From: Octopus vulgaris
Taxonomy: Eukaryota
Assembly (NCBI GenBank): GCA_951406725.2
Contig: OX597821.1
Coordinates: 109,988,001-110,052,000, forward strand
Direction: 5' to 3'
Length of the DNA stretch: 64,000 bases
Notes under the pieces: model-generated
Database searches by the model: none
Told to the model about the DNA's origin: nothing
The model's input: the letters and a program-made list of their open reading frames with translations, nothing else
In this document: one piece after another, positions 15,226 to 28,780 of the stretch
Layout of the letters: every line of letters starts with the position of its first letter
Numbering within the stretch: position 1 is the stretch's first letter
Translations under genes and position numbers: made by a program

Positions 15226-15236
15226 TATATATATAT

Positions 15237-15352
15237 ATATCGTGTACTTGAGAACACATTTAGAGGCTTCCAAATAAGGAAGCCTTGTGCTAGAAAGAGC
15301 ACAAGGCTTTCCTATTTGGAAGCATCTTAATGTGTTCTCATGTACACGATAT
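15237..15352. repeat. Fold-back hairpin (~55-bp arms, 6-nt loop)
   Basis: ATATCGTGTACTTGAGAACACATT..GCCTTGTGCT / AGCACAAGGC..AATGTGTTCTCATGTACACGATAT. Confidence 0.9.
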
Positions 15353-15559
15353 TTTTATGTGAATAATATATAGCCTATTGACTTTTTTGTGCTAGGCCAC
15401 TGGTAATAATAATTCCTTATTACCCTAATATTATATATATATATTATATATATATATATGCATAAAATATATATATGATTCATAATAAATATTTGTGTTT
15501 ATATATAATCCATAAAATATTTATACACTCATTTGTATTCAATATGTATTATATGTAAT

Positions 15560-15983
15560 CTTTTACTCTTTTACTTGTTTCAGTCGTTTGACTGTGGCTA
15601 TACTGGAGCACCGCCTTTAGTCGACCAAATCGACTCCCGGACTTATTCTTTGTAAGCCTAGTACTTATTCTATCGGCCTCTTTTGCCGAACCGCTAAGTT
15701 ACGGGAACGTAAACACACCAGCATTGGTTGTCAAGCGATGTTAGGGGGACAAAAACATACACACAAACACAAACACACACACACACACATGCACACACAC
15801 ACACACACATATATATGTACACGACGGGCTTCTCTCAGTTTCCATCTACCGAATCCACTCACAAGGCTTTGGTCGGCCCGAGGCTATAGTAGAAGATACT
15901 TGCCCAAGGTGCCACGCAGTGGGACTGAACCCGGAACCATGTGAATCGTAAGCAAGCTACTTACCACGCAGCCACTCCTACGC
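15560..15983 (-). mobile_element. SINE family A, full length
   Basis: Reverse complement of the 14352 layout. Confidence 0.9.
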
Positions 15984-16010
15984 TTATACATGTGTATATA
16001 TATGCGTGTA

Positions 16011-16047
<37 letters not shown>

Positions 16048-16916
16048 ATGTAAATATGTATATACGTGAGTCTAATGTGTACAATTATATACCCGTTCCT
16101 GTGTGTGCGCCTGTGCATGCAAAGCCCGAATACCCCATCCGTTATTGTAGGTTTAGCTACATACTTTCAATCAAAATTATGCATAAGTTGTTCAATAGAC
16201 CATAGAACATTATAATGAATTAATGGATTACTTATAATATTTAATTAGCATTCTTAATGAGAATGTCTACGTCGTTGTGACTTCACCGATACTGAGGCGA
16301 CGCAACAAAATCAAGACGTATGGTTTTTCTTCCCGTTTCTAACGTCTCAATTAATTTAGAACAGCCATTTAGAAACTGTCTTATATCACATACAAACACT
16401 CTCATACACACACATATACATACACTCCCACTTATATATACGCACACAACATATATGCACACACACACACACACACATACACACACACACACACAACCAC
16501 ACAAACACACGCACATTTGCACATATATGCGCATATACAATATGTGTGTGTGTGTGCTTGTATGTGAGTGTATATTTAATATCAATGGGTAATAACCATA
16601 TAGCGATTTTCCAAAGCTCCTCTGCGGATGTCGGCTATCATATGCTATCATACAACAAGAATTCTCCTTCAAGTGGATACAGATGTGGAAATCCTTTAAT
16701 ATCCGCAGAATTCATACGAAAAACATTTCATTCAAGTAATTGAAATGAACAGCTTTTAATTCTAATCATTATAAGTGTTTCTGTGCATGAGTATCAACTG
16801 GTAATTGCTGAATGTTACATATCTTATACACACTATTGCATTAATATGATCCAATAATAACAGTGTACCTGCACGTCTTCAGGCACATGGGTATGATAGC
16901 ACACACACAGAGGTAT

Positions 16917-16955
<39 letters not shown>

Positions 16956-17234
16956 CATACATACATACATACATACATACATACAAACATACAGTTTACG
17001 TAATATTCCGTGTAATAACATGAATTGCTATATACAATTCGTGCTCAGTCTGTCTTACCATCTAAAACTCCACCTTGAACTGCAACTAAAATAAACAGCA
17101 GTAGTGTTGTAGCTCCTAGGTACAATGGCTATAAGTGGTTTATCATTGAGCAGGTACATGTACAATTGTCACAATCCAGTTGTCACAATAGAGTAGAGCT
17201 TAAGAAATAAGGAAGTATTAATAAATGCAGACAG

Positions 17235-17338
17235 TCTCTTACAGCTGTTTCAGAAATAGATGTGCCTATGATGTATTTCGCTGCAAAAGGAGTTAAGCTA
17301 TCCTTAGAGTAACGGTCTATTCTATCTTCAGGAAGAGG
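17235..17338 (-). ncRNA. Hammerhead motif with long stem II
   Basis: Minus strand: CTGAAGA, AGAATAGA...TCTATTTCT, GAAAC AGCT GTA, AGAG; stem I is offset by one nucleotide. Confidence 0.55.
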
Positions 17339-17510
17339 ATGAGGTAGGTCTTCAGTAGACAGCTTTGGTCTACTATATAATATATTGTCTACTAATACCT
17401 GTGTATGTGAGTGTATATACACACATATATATATATAATATATACATATATATATACAAAATAAGAAAATGGAGGAATACACATATTCTTTTACTGGTAT
17501 TATTATTATT

Positions 17511-17619
<109 letters not shown>

Positions 17620-17860
17620 TTAATAGCCTTTTGTAACTTAATACAATGAACCCTGGACTTTTTATATGTACAATTTCATGTGTATGCGTGTATGTATGTA
17701 TATTTTAATATATTGATCTAACTGTAACCTTATATGTATGTATATTATTATGTATATACTTATATATATGTATGTGCATGTGTATGTGTATATTATGTAT
17801 ATGTACTTATTCTTGTATATGTGTACCTTCTCTTATATTCATATTTGAATTGTACTTTTA

Positions 17861-17987
17861 ATCTCTGAAGAGGCCTTGGGATATATGTGTAAGTATCTCA
17901 TTTATGACCACATATTACCTTAACACACCTGGCTAATATGAGCATAAAGAGATACTCCTATCTACATGGCTGAAACAGCTGTAAGAT
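17861..17987 (+). ncRNA. Type I hammerhead ribozyme with ~100-nt stem II
   Basis: Stem I ATCT/AGAT; CTGAAGA; stem II GGCC/GGCT extended by AGTATCTC(A)TTTATG/CATAAAGAGATACT and CATATTA/TAATATG; GAAAC-AGCT-GTA. Confidence 0.75.
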
Positions 17988-18367
17988 CTAGTTTGTATTT
18001 TTATTTATATTTATTTATATTTATTTATAAGTATTGTACTTATGGTATCATATTACTCATTGATGTGTACTGTTTTGTTCTGTATTTTTGTGTTTAATCT
18101 TGATGTTCCTATGTAGTTGGTTAATAAATTATGCGAATGGGTATTATCTGGTAGTTGATTGATTAAAGTGTATTCCTCCATTTTCTTATTTTGTATTATG
18201 AATTTTAGGTAAAACATTTTACCTTCGCCCATATAATACAATAAATGAATTAATTGCATTGCAATTCTTAGCATTTATGTATTAACTTTACTGGGTGCTT
18301 TACTGGCAGTATATTGGATATATGTTATCTCATAGAGTGTTACACTCACAACCCCTATCTCACTTTG

Positions 18368-18414
<47 letters not shown>

Positions 18415-18415
<1 letters not shown>

Positions 18416-18548
18416 TACGACGGTCTTCTTTACAGTTTCCGTCTACCAATTCCACTCACAAGGTTTGGTCAGCCCGAGGCTATAGTAGAAGACACTCGCC
18501 AAGATGCCACGCAGTGGGAATGAACCCGGAACCATGTGGTTGGTGAGC
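18415..18548 (-). mobile_element. SINE family A 5' half
   Basis: Head and core only, bounded by (TA)n-type tracts on both sides. Confidence 0.8.
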
Positions 18549-18638
18549 ATATATATATAACTTTGTACATATATATACACATACATATATATAAATATAT
18601 ACATATATATATATATACATATATACAAACATATATAT

Positions 18639-18671
<33 letters not shown>

Positions 18672-18809
18672 CATATATATACATATATACATATATATAT
18701 ACATATATACATACATATATATATATATACATACGTACATATATATATACATACATATATATGTATATATATATATATATTTGTATATATGTATATATAT
18801 ATATGTATG

Positions 18810-19017
18810 CGTGTGTGTTTGTGTGTCTGTGTTTGTCCCCCTAACATTGCTTGACAACCGATGCTGGTGTGTTTACGTCCCCGTCACTTGGCGGTTCGGC
18901 AAAAGAGACCGATAAAATAAGTACTGGGCTTACAAAGAATAATCCCGGGGTCGATTTGCTCGACTAAAGGCGGTGCTCCAGCATGGCCGCAGTCAAATGA
19001 CTGAAACAAGTAAAAGA

Positions 19018-19019
<2 letters not shown>
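18810..19019 (+). mobile_element. SINE family A 3' half
   Basis: GTGTTTGTCCCCCTAACATTGCTTGACAACCG..GACTGAAACAAGTAAAAGAG. Confidence 0.85.
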
Positions 19020-19083
<64 letters not shown>

Positions 19084-19084
19084 G

Positions 19085-19426
19085 GAGGAGGAGGAGACCC
19101 CCTTCGGTCACGACACAGACCATGGGATTGCACCTAGAAAGTTACCCTCCTAGACACAAATCCGAGCGAGGTTGTTTATGGAAGACCAGCAGTCGCCCAT
19201 GCATACCAGCCTCCCCTCACCACGCCACCAGTGTTATCCAAGGGAAAGACAAGGTCGATACAGCTTGGCACCAGTGACGTCGCAACTCATTTCTACAGCT
19301 GAGTGAACTGGAGCAACGTGAAATAAAGTGCCTTGCTCAAGAACACAACACGCAGCCCGGTCCGGGATTCGAGCTCACAACCTCACGATCGTAAGCTCGA
19401 CGCTCTAACCACTGAGCCATGCGGTT

Positions 19427-19430
<4 letters not shown>
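19085..19430 (-). mobile_element. tRNA-derived SINE family C, full length
   Basis: Minus strand has A box TGGCTCAGTGG, B-box-like GAGCTCGAATCCC and central GTGTTCTTGAGCAAGGCACTT; flanked by (TA)n. Confidence 0.8.
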
Positions 19431-19470
<40 letters not shown>

Positions 19471-19523
19471 TACACACACATATATATATATATATATATA
19501 CATATAAATACATATATATATAC

Positions 19524-19722
<199 letters not shown>

Positions 19723-20093
19723 TAAACCATATTATATGTCCGGAAAATGGAAAATACGTGAAACTTTATTGCTCACAACGATCGTTTCGACCCATCTTGC
19801 ATCGATCCCTCACGAGTGGGATACACTGTATAATTGGTTTTCACTAATTTTTTTCCAAGCGACATGTTCTACAATATACAGAACACGTTGATATACGTTA
19901 ATATCTTTCACTTTCTCTTTAGTTCTGTCTTTTTCCTCTCCCATTGTTATTTCATTCTCTTTTTCTTTATATGTCTGTTTATGCAGCTTCATCCTCATCT
20001 TTCTATCTGCCTATGTATCTGTTCTATAATCTTACGTATCTAGTAAGTTATCTATCTCTCTATCGATCGATCGGTCTATCTGTCTATTTTTAT

Positions 20094-20152
<59 letters not shown>

Positions 20153-20204
20153 CGTTTATATATTTGTTTTGCAAGATTTTTGATGTGAAATCGTGTGTTG
20201 GAAC

Positions 20205-20392
20205 ATATATTGTTGTATTTAGGAGTGGTCATTTTGCCAGTTTAGCCAATAAGAACACACGCACTGGCCGAAATAAGATTATGATTAATGTAAAAATAAA
20301 TAACGATGAAGCAAAGTAACACCAAATATATAGAGCCTGTGCTTTTATTGGCTAAACTGGCAAAATGACCATTCCTAAATACAACAATATAT
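20205..20392. repeat. Inverted repeat (~54-bp arms, 80-bp spacer)
   Basis: ATATATTGTTGTATTTAGGAGTGGTCATTTTGCCAGTTTAGCCAATAA / TTATTGGCTAAACTGGCAAAATGACCATTCCTAAATACAACAATATAT. Confidence 0.9.
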
Positions 20393-20415
20393 ATATATAT
20401 ATATCTTTATATATA

Positions 20416-20456
<41 letters not shown>

Positions 20457-20532
20457 TTATATATATTCATATATATATATATATATATATATACGTTTAC
20501 CTTCTCTTATATTCATATTTGAATTGTCACAG

Positions 20533-20781
20533 ATATTTAACGGGACGAATTTAATCTCTCTCCGTCTGACTTCCGTTTTGTTTATAGTAGCGTCACAGAT
20601 ATGCGATTGTTTTTCTTGATAGCAGATGATTGATAGTAAAAAAGCTTCTATTCATATGATTTCTGCTAATATTTTCTTTTTCCTTCTTCCACCATCGATA
20701 CTCTCAAAACCCTCTGAGCTATTATTATGCGAAAAAAGGTAGTGAAATATTTTAAACCAGGCAACCCAAATCTTGAAACAT
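20533..20781 (+). repeat. ~250-bp local duplication, copy 1 (copy 2 at 24255-24504)
   Basis: Near-identical from ATATTTAACGGGACGAAT to CCAAATCTTGAAACAT. Confidence 0.95.
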
Positions 20782-20806
20782 ATTATTATTATTATTATTA
20801 TTATTA

Positions 20807-20904
<98 letters not shown>

Positions 20905-20947
20905 TATCTTTATATATTATTATTATATATATATATATATCTTTATA

Positions 20948-21006
<59 letters not shown>

Positions 21007-21023
21007 CTTTATATATATATATA

Positions 21024-21340
21024 GCCATTACTTTGCTAGGCTCCACTTTGATATGCCCCAATCTTAATCTTAAAAGAGGAGTAATTAAGGTCGGAGCAAA
21101 GCAAAGTGAGGTACACCATAATAATAAGTGTATGCTAAAACAAATAAATGTGTAAACATTCCTGTTTATGAAGGATGCATCGATGTAGGCAAGTTCAATG
21201 GTGTTTCGTGAACCGAAATTCCATGAGTATGGTCGTGAAGCATGTACTTACCCATCAGACGGGTAGACACGGTGGGTATATTGGGCTGTGTACATTTATA
21301 CCCCAGTGTTACTTTGATGGCATGGGCTGCTCTCTCCTTC
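21024..21340 (+). mobile_element. Retroelement 3' end with (AAT)n tail
   Basis: Last ~120 bp match 23050-23168 (ATCAGACGGGTAG..ACCCCAGTGT..GATGGCATG..CTGCTCTCTC); both copies run into (AAT)n. Confidence 0.6.
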
Positions 21341-22050
<710 letters not shown>

Positions 22051-22100
22051 AAATATATATATCTTTATATATATATAGCCATTACTGTGCTAGGCTCCAC

Positions 22101-22179
<79 letters not shown>

Positions 22180-22310
22180 CATTATTATTATTGTTATTAT
22201 TAATAGTAATAATAATTATTATTATTATCATTTTACTTGTGCACCCTTTTCAAGCCTAGCCAGGCTCATGGGCCCGGTTTCCATGCCGTATGTGTTCTCC
22301 TCAGCTGGAG

Positions 22311-22649
22311 GACCCTAGGACTTATTCGTTGTAAGCATAGTACTTATTCTATCGGGCACTTTTGCTGAACCGCTATGTTACAAGGACGTAAACATACCAG
22401 CATCGGTTGTCAAGCGACCTTGGGGGGACAAACACAGATACATAAACATGCACACATATACATATATATATATGTATACATATATACGACGGGCTTCTTT
22501 CAGTTTCCGTCTACCAAATCCACACATAAGAATTTGGTCGGCCCAAGGCTATAGTAGAAGACACTTGCTCGAAATACCACGCAATGAGACTGAACCCCGA
22601 ACCATGTAGCTGGTAAACAATCTACTTACCACACAGCCACTCCTGCGCC
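22311..22649 (-). mobile_element. SINE family A, 3'-truncated
   Basis: Matches the family layout on the minus strand. Confidence 0.85.
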
Positions 22650-22664
22650 TATAAAAATAATAAT

Positions 22665-23167
22665 ATGGAAGTGTTATCATGTATATTGTTTTGTCTTGGT
22701 ATAAAAGATGGGCTACAGCAAATATTCTGCTCAATACCACAGATTTGCTTGTCAATTGTTTGAACTTCACCAGTTGAGCATGTCCCTTAGTGGCTGACGA
22801 TATGTGCATTTCTGATAACGAGCAGAAGTAGTGGGGGAGCATCATAACCATGTGTTGAGAGGGATTCTTTGGGGTTTGAATAATTCACCTTTGGAAACAT
22901 GGGTGTTTCGTTCAACATCCTTAAACAACCCTTATTCAGGGACCTTTTTAGCGGGATGGGCTACTCGACCAAAAGAAAATTATAACTGGGCCCCACCTGC
23001 AAGGTGATGCGCTGTTTATCTTGATATGAGATCACCATGTCTCGCACATATGGTTGTGATGCATGTGCCTAGTGTACCCTTATCAGACGGGTAGTCATGA
23101 TGGGTATACTGGGCTTCGTATATTTTACCCCAGTGTCACTATGATGGCATGCACTGCTCTCTCACTC

Positions 23168-23168
<1 letters not shown>
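22665..23168 (+). mobile_element. Retroelement 3' region with (AAT)n tail
   Basis: Shares its 3' end with 21024-21340 and terminates in (AAT)n. Confidence 0.6.
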
Positions 23169-23221
<53 letters not shown>

Positions 23222-23430
23222 CCTTATATATAATGACAATCGATTACAACGACTCCAGTGCTCACCTGGTACTTATTTTATCGACCTCGACAGCATGAAA
23301 TGCAAAGTCGATAGAGAGATGCGTTGGCAAATATAATTACCTGTTATACAAAAACGACTGAGTGGCTACGGCTGGAACGTCTCTAATCATAGGCATGCTT
23401 GCTCTATCATAGCTGGCCTTGAACACCACC

Positions 23431-23462
<32 letters not shown>

Positions 23463-23675
23463 CAACAACAATTATCAACAGCATTCTGTGTATACCATCC
23501 TCTAGTTTCTCTAACATTCCTACTTCTATTCCTTCGCTCCTTGTCCATCTGTCACAAGTAAACTTATTGCTGTCATAAAACTCCATCGTAATTGCTATCA
23601 CAATCAGACCACACACAATCTGACCGCTCTAACCGGATACTGTAGTAACTGAATGTAATAGTCATCTATCACTCG

Positions 23676-23750
<75 letters not shown>

Positions 23751-24025
23751 GCTCCCCTCCTCTCTTTCTCTCTCTCTCTGTCTATCTCTCTCTCTCTGTC
23801 ATATATATATATATACACATATATATGTATATATATGTATGTGTGTATGTGCGAGCCCATGTGTATCTATCCGTCTCTGTCTGTCTGTCTACTTGTCTCT
23901 CTTTATTTCGTTCTATCTCTTTCTTTCTTTCTCTCTCTCCCCCCTCTCTCTCTCACTATATATATATATATATATACATATACATACATATATAGATATA
24001 TACACATTTATACATGCATATATAT

Positions 24026-24076
<51 letters not shown>

Positions 24077-24102
24077 TAATATATTATACATATATAGTAC
24101 AT

Positions 24103-24134
<32 letters not shown>

Positions 24135-24254
24135 GTATATATATACTTATACTTCTATATATATAATATATATATATATATATACACATATATATATATA
24201 CACACAAAAGATGTCTGTGTGTGTGTGTATGTATGTATTATGTATATATTGATA

Positions 24255-24504
24255 TATATTTAACGGGACGAATTTAATCTCTCTCCGTCTGACTTCCGTT
24301 TTGTTTACAGTAGCGTCACAGATATGCGATTGTTTTTCTTGATAGCAGATGATTGATAGTAAAAAAAGCTTCTATTCATATGATTTCTGCTAATATTTTC
24401 TTTTTCCTTCTTCCACCATCGATACTCTCAAAACGCTCTGAGCTATTATTATGCGAAAAAAGGTAGTGAAATATTTTAAACCAGGCAACCCAAATCTTGA
24501 AACA
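24255..24504 (+). repeat. ~250-bp local duplication, copy 2
   Basis: Matches 20533-20781. Confidence 0.95.
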
Positions 24505-24524
24505 TCTCTCTCTCTCTCTCTCTC

Positions 24525-24649
<125 letters not shown>

Positions 24650-24661
24650 TATATATATATA

Positions 24662-25105
24662 TACAAAATGGGACAAGAACGCAAAACATCCAGAAGACTA
24701 TACAAAAAACACGGACAGGTCATTCGAAGCCTTTAATCTTCAGTCAAGAACCGGATCATCCTCGCAATTTCGGCTGATTAGTCTTGAGATTACGCCAATC
24801 TGGCCAGCCCCAAGGAAAAACTAAGCTACGTGCTTTAGATTCCTTGGAAAAAACCTTCGAATGTATACGAAACAAGGACGGAAAAACGGACGATGTTACA
24901 CGAATATAAATACAAAAATAATACGAACAAACAATAATAATAATAACAGGACATCACAACAGGCGTCTTTCGGCTAGGAAACGAATTGAATTCATCTGGC
25001 GTGTTAGGAATTGTGCCTTACGGCAGAGAAAAAAATGTTGATGTTGCCGCGACCGCTACCAGACCCAAAAAGGTCAGCAGTCGGCCAAGCGGTCGCCTGA
25101 GAAGA
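24662..25105 (-). mobile_element. Non-autonomous Penelope-type terminal repeat
   Basis: Reverse complement aligns with about 55780-56130 (CCTAGCCGAAAGACGCCT, GTTTCGTATACATTC, CTTAGTTTTTCCTTGGGGCTGGCCAGATTGG); adjacent to a PLE RT fragment. Confidence 0.55.
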
Positions 25106-25299
25106 GAAACACACACACACATATACATACATACACATGCACACACGCACATATACACACAGACATAATTACATAGTGCGCTTTTCCGCGACACTCCACC
25201 TGCATCTAGTGAGGAGGACTGCTTCACCGACCTGGGACACCGACCATCCCAGTGGACGCCAGCTTCTGGCCAGTTCCAAGCATTCGATCTTTATGCGGG

Positions 25300-25573
25300 C
25301 GCCTCTACAAGGCCGAAGCTCTCTGACAACTTCAAGACACCTCCTTCTACTGCTCTCTGCCCTCTGACCCCACGCCCAGCTACCAAGGGACTGTGTCCTC
25401 CACTATCCATGACCGACCTCATCTCCTTCTCCCGTCTCTCCCCATCGCCTCTGGCCTCATTGTCCGCACCCTTCGCACCCCCAGTATTTACTTCTTCCCC
25501 CTAAATCCACAAACCTAACAACCCTGGCGGCCCCATCGTCTCCGCTTGCAACTGCCCCACTGAACTCATCTCC
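25300..25573 (+). pseudogene. Penelope-like RT N-terminal fragment, frameshifted
   Basis: LYKAEAL*QLQDTSFYCSLPSDPT..TPSIYF/PKIHKPNNPGGPIVSACNCPTELIS matches the PLE Y.LPKIHK..PGRPIVS motif. Confidence 0.8.
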
Positions 25574-25723
25574 GATCGAGAACTTATGGAATTATGTTTC
25601 CCAAAAAGTCCATGCTAAAAAAACCACCTAATCTAAAACAATTATTCGATTATATCAATGAAATATTGTTAAAACATTCCCATAGAATTTCGTAATGCCG
25701 AGGCGTTGTTCAGCCGTTATTAA

Positions 25724-25917
25724 GCACAAATTACAAATATATGGCAGAAATTACTTATACGGCAGAAATTACTTATACGGCACAAATTACTTATACGGCA
25801 CAAATTACTTATACGGCACAAATTACTTATACGGCACAAATTACTTATACGGCACAAATTACTTATACGGCACAAATTACTTATACGGCGCAAATTACTT
25901 ATATGGCACAAGTTACT
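25724..25917 (+). repeat. 18-bp minisatellite (GGCACAAATTACTTATAC), ~10 copies
   Basis: Direct reading; no spacers between units. Confidence 0.95.
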
Positions 25918-26827
25918 AATATGCATTTCGTTCTCGTTGCTCCTTTTTGCAACAATCTTAAGCTTTAAATAAAATTATAATGATACGGTCTTAAACTAAT
26001 TTTGCTGGTAAATTTGAAACGTTTATATTAATATAGCATTAGAATTCTTCAAGTTGTATAAAAATAGTTATTGTCGCATCATTCGAAAGAGAAATAAATT
26101 CTGCAAAAGGTGTAAAAGATAAAAGTAATTTGTATGGTCTTAGTAACAAAATATTTTGTAAGAAATAACTTTTATCATTGGTCTTAAATTTATTTTCACC
26201 AGTGTATATATAAAAGAGTAAAGCCGTATAGGCAAATCAATAAATACGTATTTGCCTACAATTTATATAATTTCTATATAAATGATATATATATATATAA
26301 ATTTTGTAGTCAGTTTATATATATAAATTCGGTAGTCAATTTGCTCCACAAAACCCTTTCGGGTAGAGCTCCAGCATGGCTGCACGCAGCCCAGTGACTG
26401 AAACAATAGCAAAATTTGAATTTCTGGATAATTCTCTAATTCTGTTGGTTCTATGAGAAGAATTACGTAGAACAGTGTAAAACCGGGAAATAATATTTCC
26501 ACTGTCTGAAACTAACTGCATTTGAAGGTGGGGATCGGTCTTGCGGTTATACAAAAGCTATACATAAAAAGTGTCTGAAGACTTCGCCATATCACGTAGA
26601 ATTAAGTCGAACTGCAGGCTTTTGAAAGAGTTCTTTATTCATCCGTGCATTCTTTGGGGTTATATAAAAGACTGGTAAATTCATTATTGCCTTCAAGACT
26701 GTAGAACGACGGAACTTACAAATCATCAACAGTTTTATCCTGTGTTGGTTAAATGCTCATGCAAGAATTGTTTTTATTATGTTTCAAATACATCTCACCC
26801 CTTCTCTCCCTCTCTCTCTCTCTCTCT

Positions 26828-26862
<35 letters not shown>

Positions 26863-27460
26863 ACACACACACACATGCATGCACGCGTATAGGACGAATG
26901 ATTAAGACGTTCGCTTAAGCAGCCACGAGGATTCACGTTCGATCTCGTGTGGTATCAAGGAAAGATTTCTATAACCTCGGGTAAACCTCATACTTTCTGA
27001 ATGGAATCGGATTGACGGAAACTGTACGGAAGCTTATCGAAAGGATTGCATCTGTAATTACATGTGTGTGTGTGTATGTGTGTGTGCGTGTGTATGTATA
27101 TATATATGTGTGCTTCGTTTTGGGATTAGGTTTGAAAGATTCCTTATGCGAGTTCGTGTGTCGTAGCATACATACATACATACATACATACATACATACA
27201 TACATACATACATACATACATACATACATACATACATACATGTGTATGCGTACACACACTAACCCACACACATGCGCCCAAACAAATAAAAAGAACGCAG
27301 CTCGGATAACGGACAGAGTCAACAACTATTGAAAAGGTTGCAAGACGCAACGAAAATTTTAGGAAAAATAATTAAATGAGTGGAAACTTTACCCGTGCGT
27401 GTGTTAAATTATAAGGCACTAAAAGAGAATGACTCTCCCCAGACACAACAGCATGTATAT

Positions 27461-27529
<69 letters not shown>

Positions 27530-27531
<2 letters not shown>

Positions 27532-27710
27532 GGGGAGAATTCGCAAAAAAACAAAAGACGAAGACAGGTGGTGTAGACAACAAACAGAGGTATTAGTTTA
27601 ACGCTCGGGAAGTAAAAAAGTCTTTAATGTTTCGAGCCTACGCTCTTCCACAGAAAGGAACACAGAAAGAAACAAGGAGAGAAAATAAGGAATGTGTAGT
27701 GGCTAATGAT
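27530..27710 (-). mobile_element. Penelope-type terminal repeat with degenerate hammerhead (27621-27658)
   Basis: Homologous to 28647-28850 and to 37780-37860 (opposite strand); starts at a (TA)n tract. Confidence 0.55.
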
Positions 27711-27749
27711 CTTCATGTATGTATGCATGTACCATATGCTCTTCCCTAG

Positions 27750-28065
27750 GATGTCATCCAACAACACCAGGGACCTTGGAGCAATTGTTGATAACAATCT
27801 AAGCTGGAATTCCCACGTAAACAGCAAGGTTGATTTGGCCCGCAAGATGTGCTCCTGGATTCTGAGAACTTACTGGTCTAGAGATGCCTACGCCATCATC
27901 CTTCTCTACTCTACTTTTGCCCGACCCCACCTTGAGTACTGTTGCCTACTGTGGTCCTTTCATACGAAACAACTCATTATGAAAGTAGAAGCACTCCAGA
28001 GGTCCATAACAAGAAAGATAGACGCTATGGGAAGCATTGATTATTGGGGACGACTAAAAGAGACT
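27750..28065 (+). pseudogene. CR1-clade LINE RT C-terminal fragment
   Basis: RDLGAIVDNNLSWNSHV..LYSTFARPHLEYCCLLWS..VEALQRSITR..Y..RLKE; cut off by a SINE A insertion. Confidence 0.85.
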
Positions 28066-28086
28066 CAACTACATGGTTCCGGGTTT

Positions 28087-28527
28087 AGGAGTGGCTGTGT
28101 GGTAAGTAGCTTGCTTACCAACCACATGCTTCTGGGTTCAGTCCCACTGCGTGGTATCTTGAATAAGTGTCTTCTACTATAGCCTCGGGGCGACAAAAGC
28201 TTTGTGAGTGGATTTGGTAGACGGAAACTGAAAGACACCCGTCGTATATATGTATGTGTGTGTGTGTGTGTGTGCGCGAGTGTGTGTGTGTGTGTGAGTG
28301 TGTGTGTGTGTGTATGTTTGTGTGTCTGCGCTTGTCTCTCTAGCATCGCTTGACAACCGATGGTGGTGTGTTTACGCCCCATAACATAGCGGTTCGGCAG
28401 AACAGACCGATAGAATAAGTACTAGGCTTACAAAGAATAAGTCCTGGGGTCGATTTGCTCGACTAAAGGCGGTGCTCGAGCATGGCCATAGTCAAATGAC
28501 TGAAACAAGTAAAAGTGTAAAGAGTAA
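28087..28527 (+). mobile_element. SINE family A, full length
   Basis: Family layout; preceded by a short duplicated head piece ACATGGTTCCGGGTT. Confidence 0.9.
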
Positions 28528-28540
28528 AATAGTATATATA

Positions 28541-28580
<40 letters not shown>

Positions 28581-28590
28581 ATGTTTGTGC

Positions 28591-28646
<56 letters not shown>

Positions 28647-28742
28647 CGGCAAAGTTTACGAAAATAAACAAAAGACGAAGGCAGGTGGAGTACAAACAAA
28701 CAAATGTATTAGTATAGCGCTCAGAAATAGAAATAGAAAAAG

Positions 28743-28780
28743 TCTTTTACGTTTCGAGCCTACGCTCTTCGACAGAAAGA
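28743..28780 (-). ncRNA. Minimal hammerhead-like motif with variant core
   Basis: TCTTT, CTGTCGA, A, GAGC(GTAG)GCTC, GAAAC, GTA, AAAGA; stems I and II perfect; core position 6 is U rather than A. Confidence 0.55.

Noticed and set aside
18053-18274. 73-aa ORF as a host gene
   Set aside because: No recognisable domain; lies in an AT-rich segment with inverted-repeat and hammerhead context.
19340-19430. tRNA gene
   Set aside because: A and B boxes are present but continue directly into a SINE body; treated as a SINE head.
25724-25917. CRISPR array or repeat-protein ORF (TAQITY / GTNYLY)
   Set aside because: Head-to-tail 18-mers without spacers; the open frames follow from the unit length.
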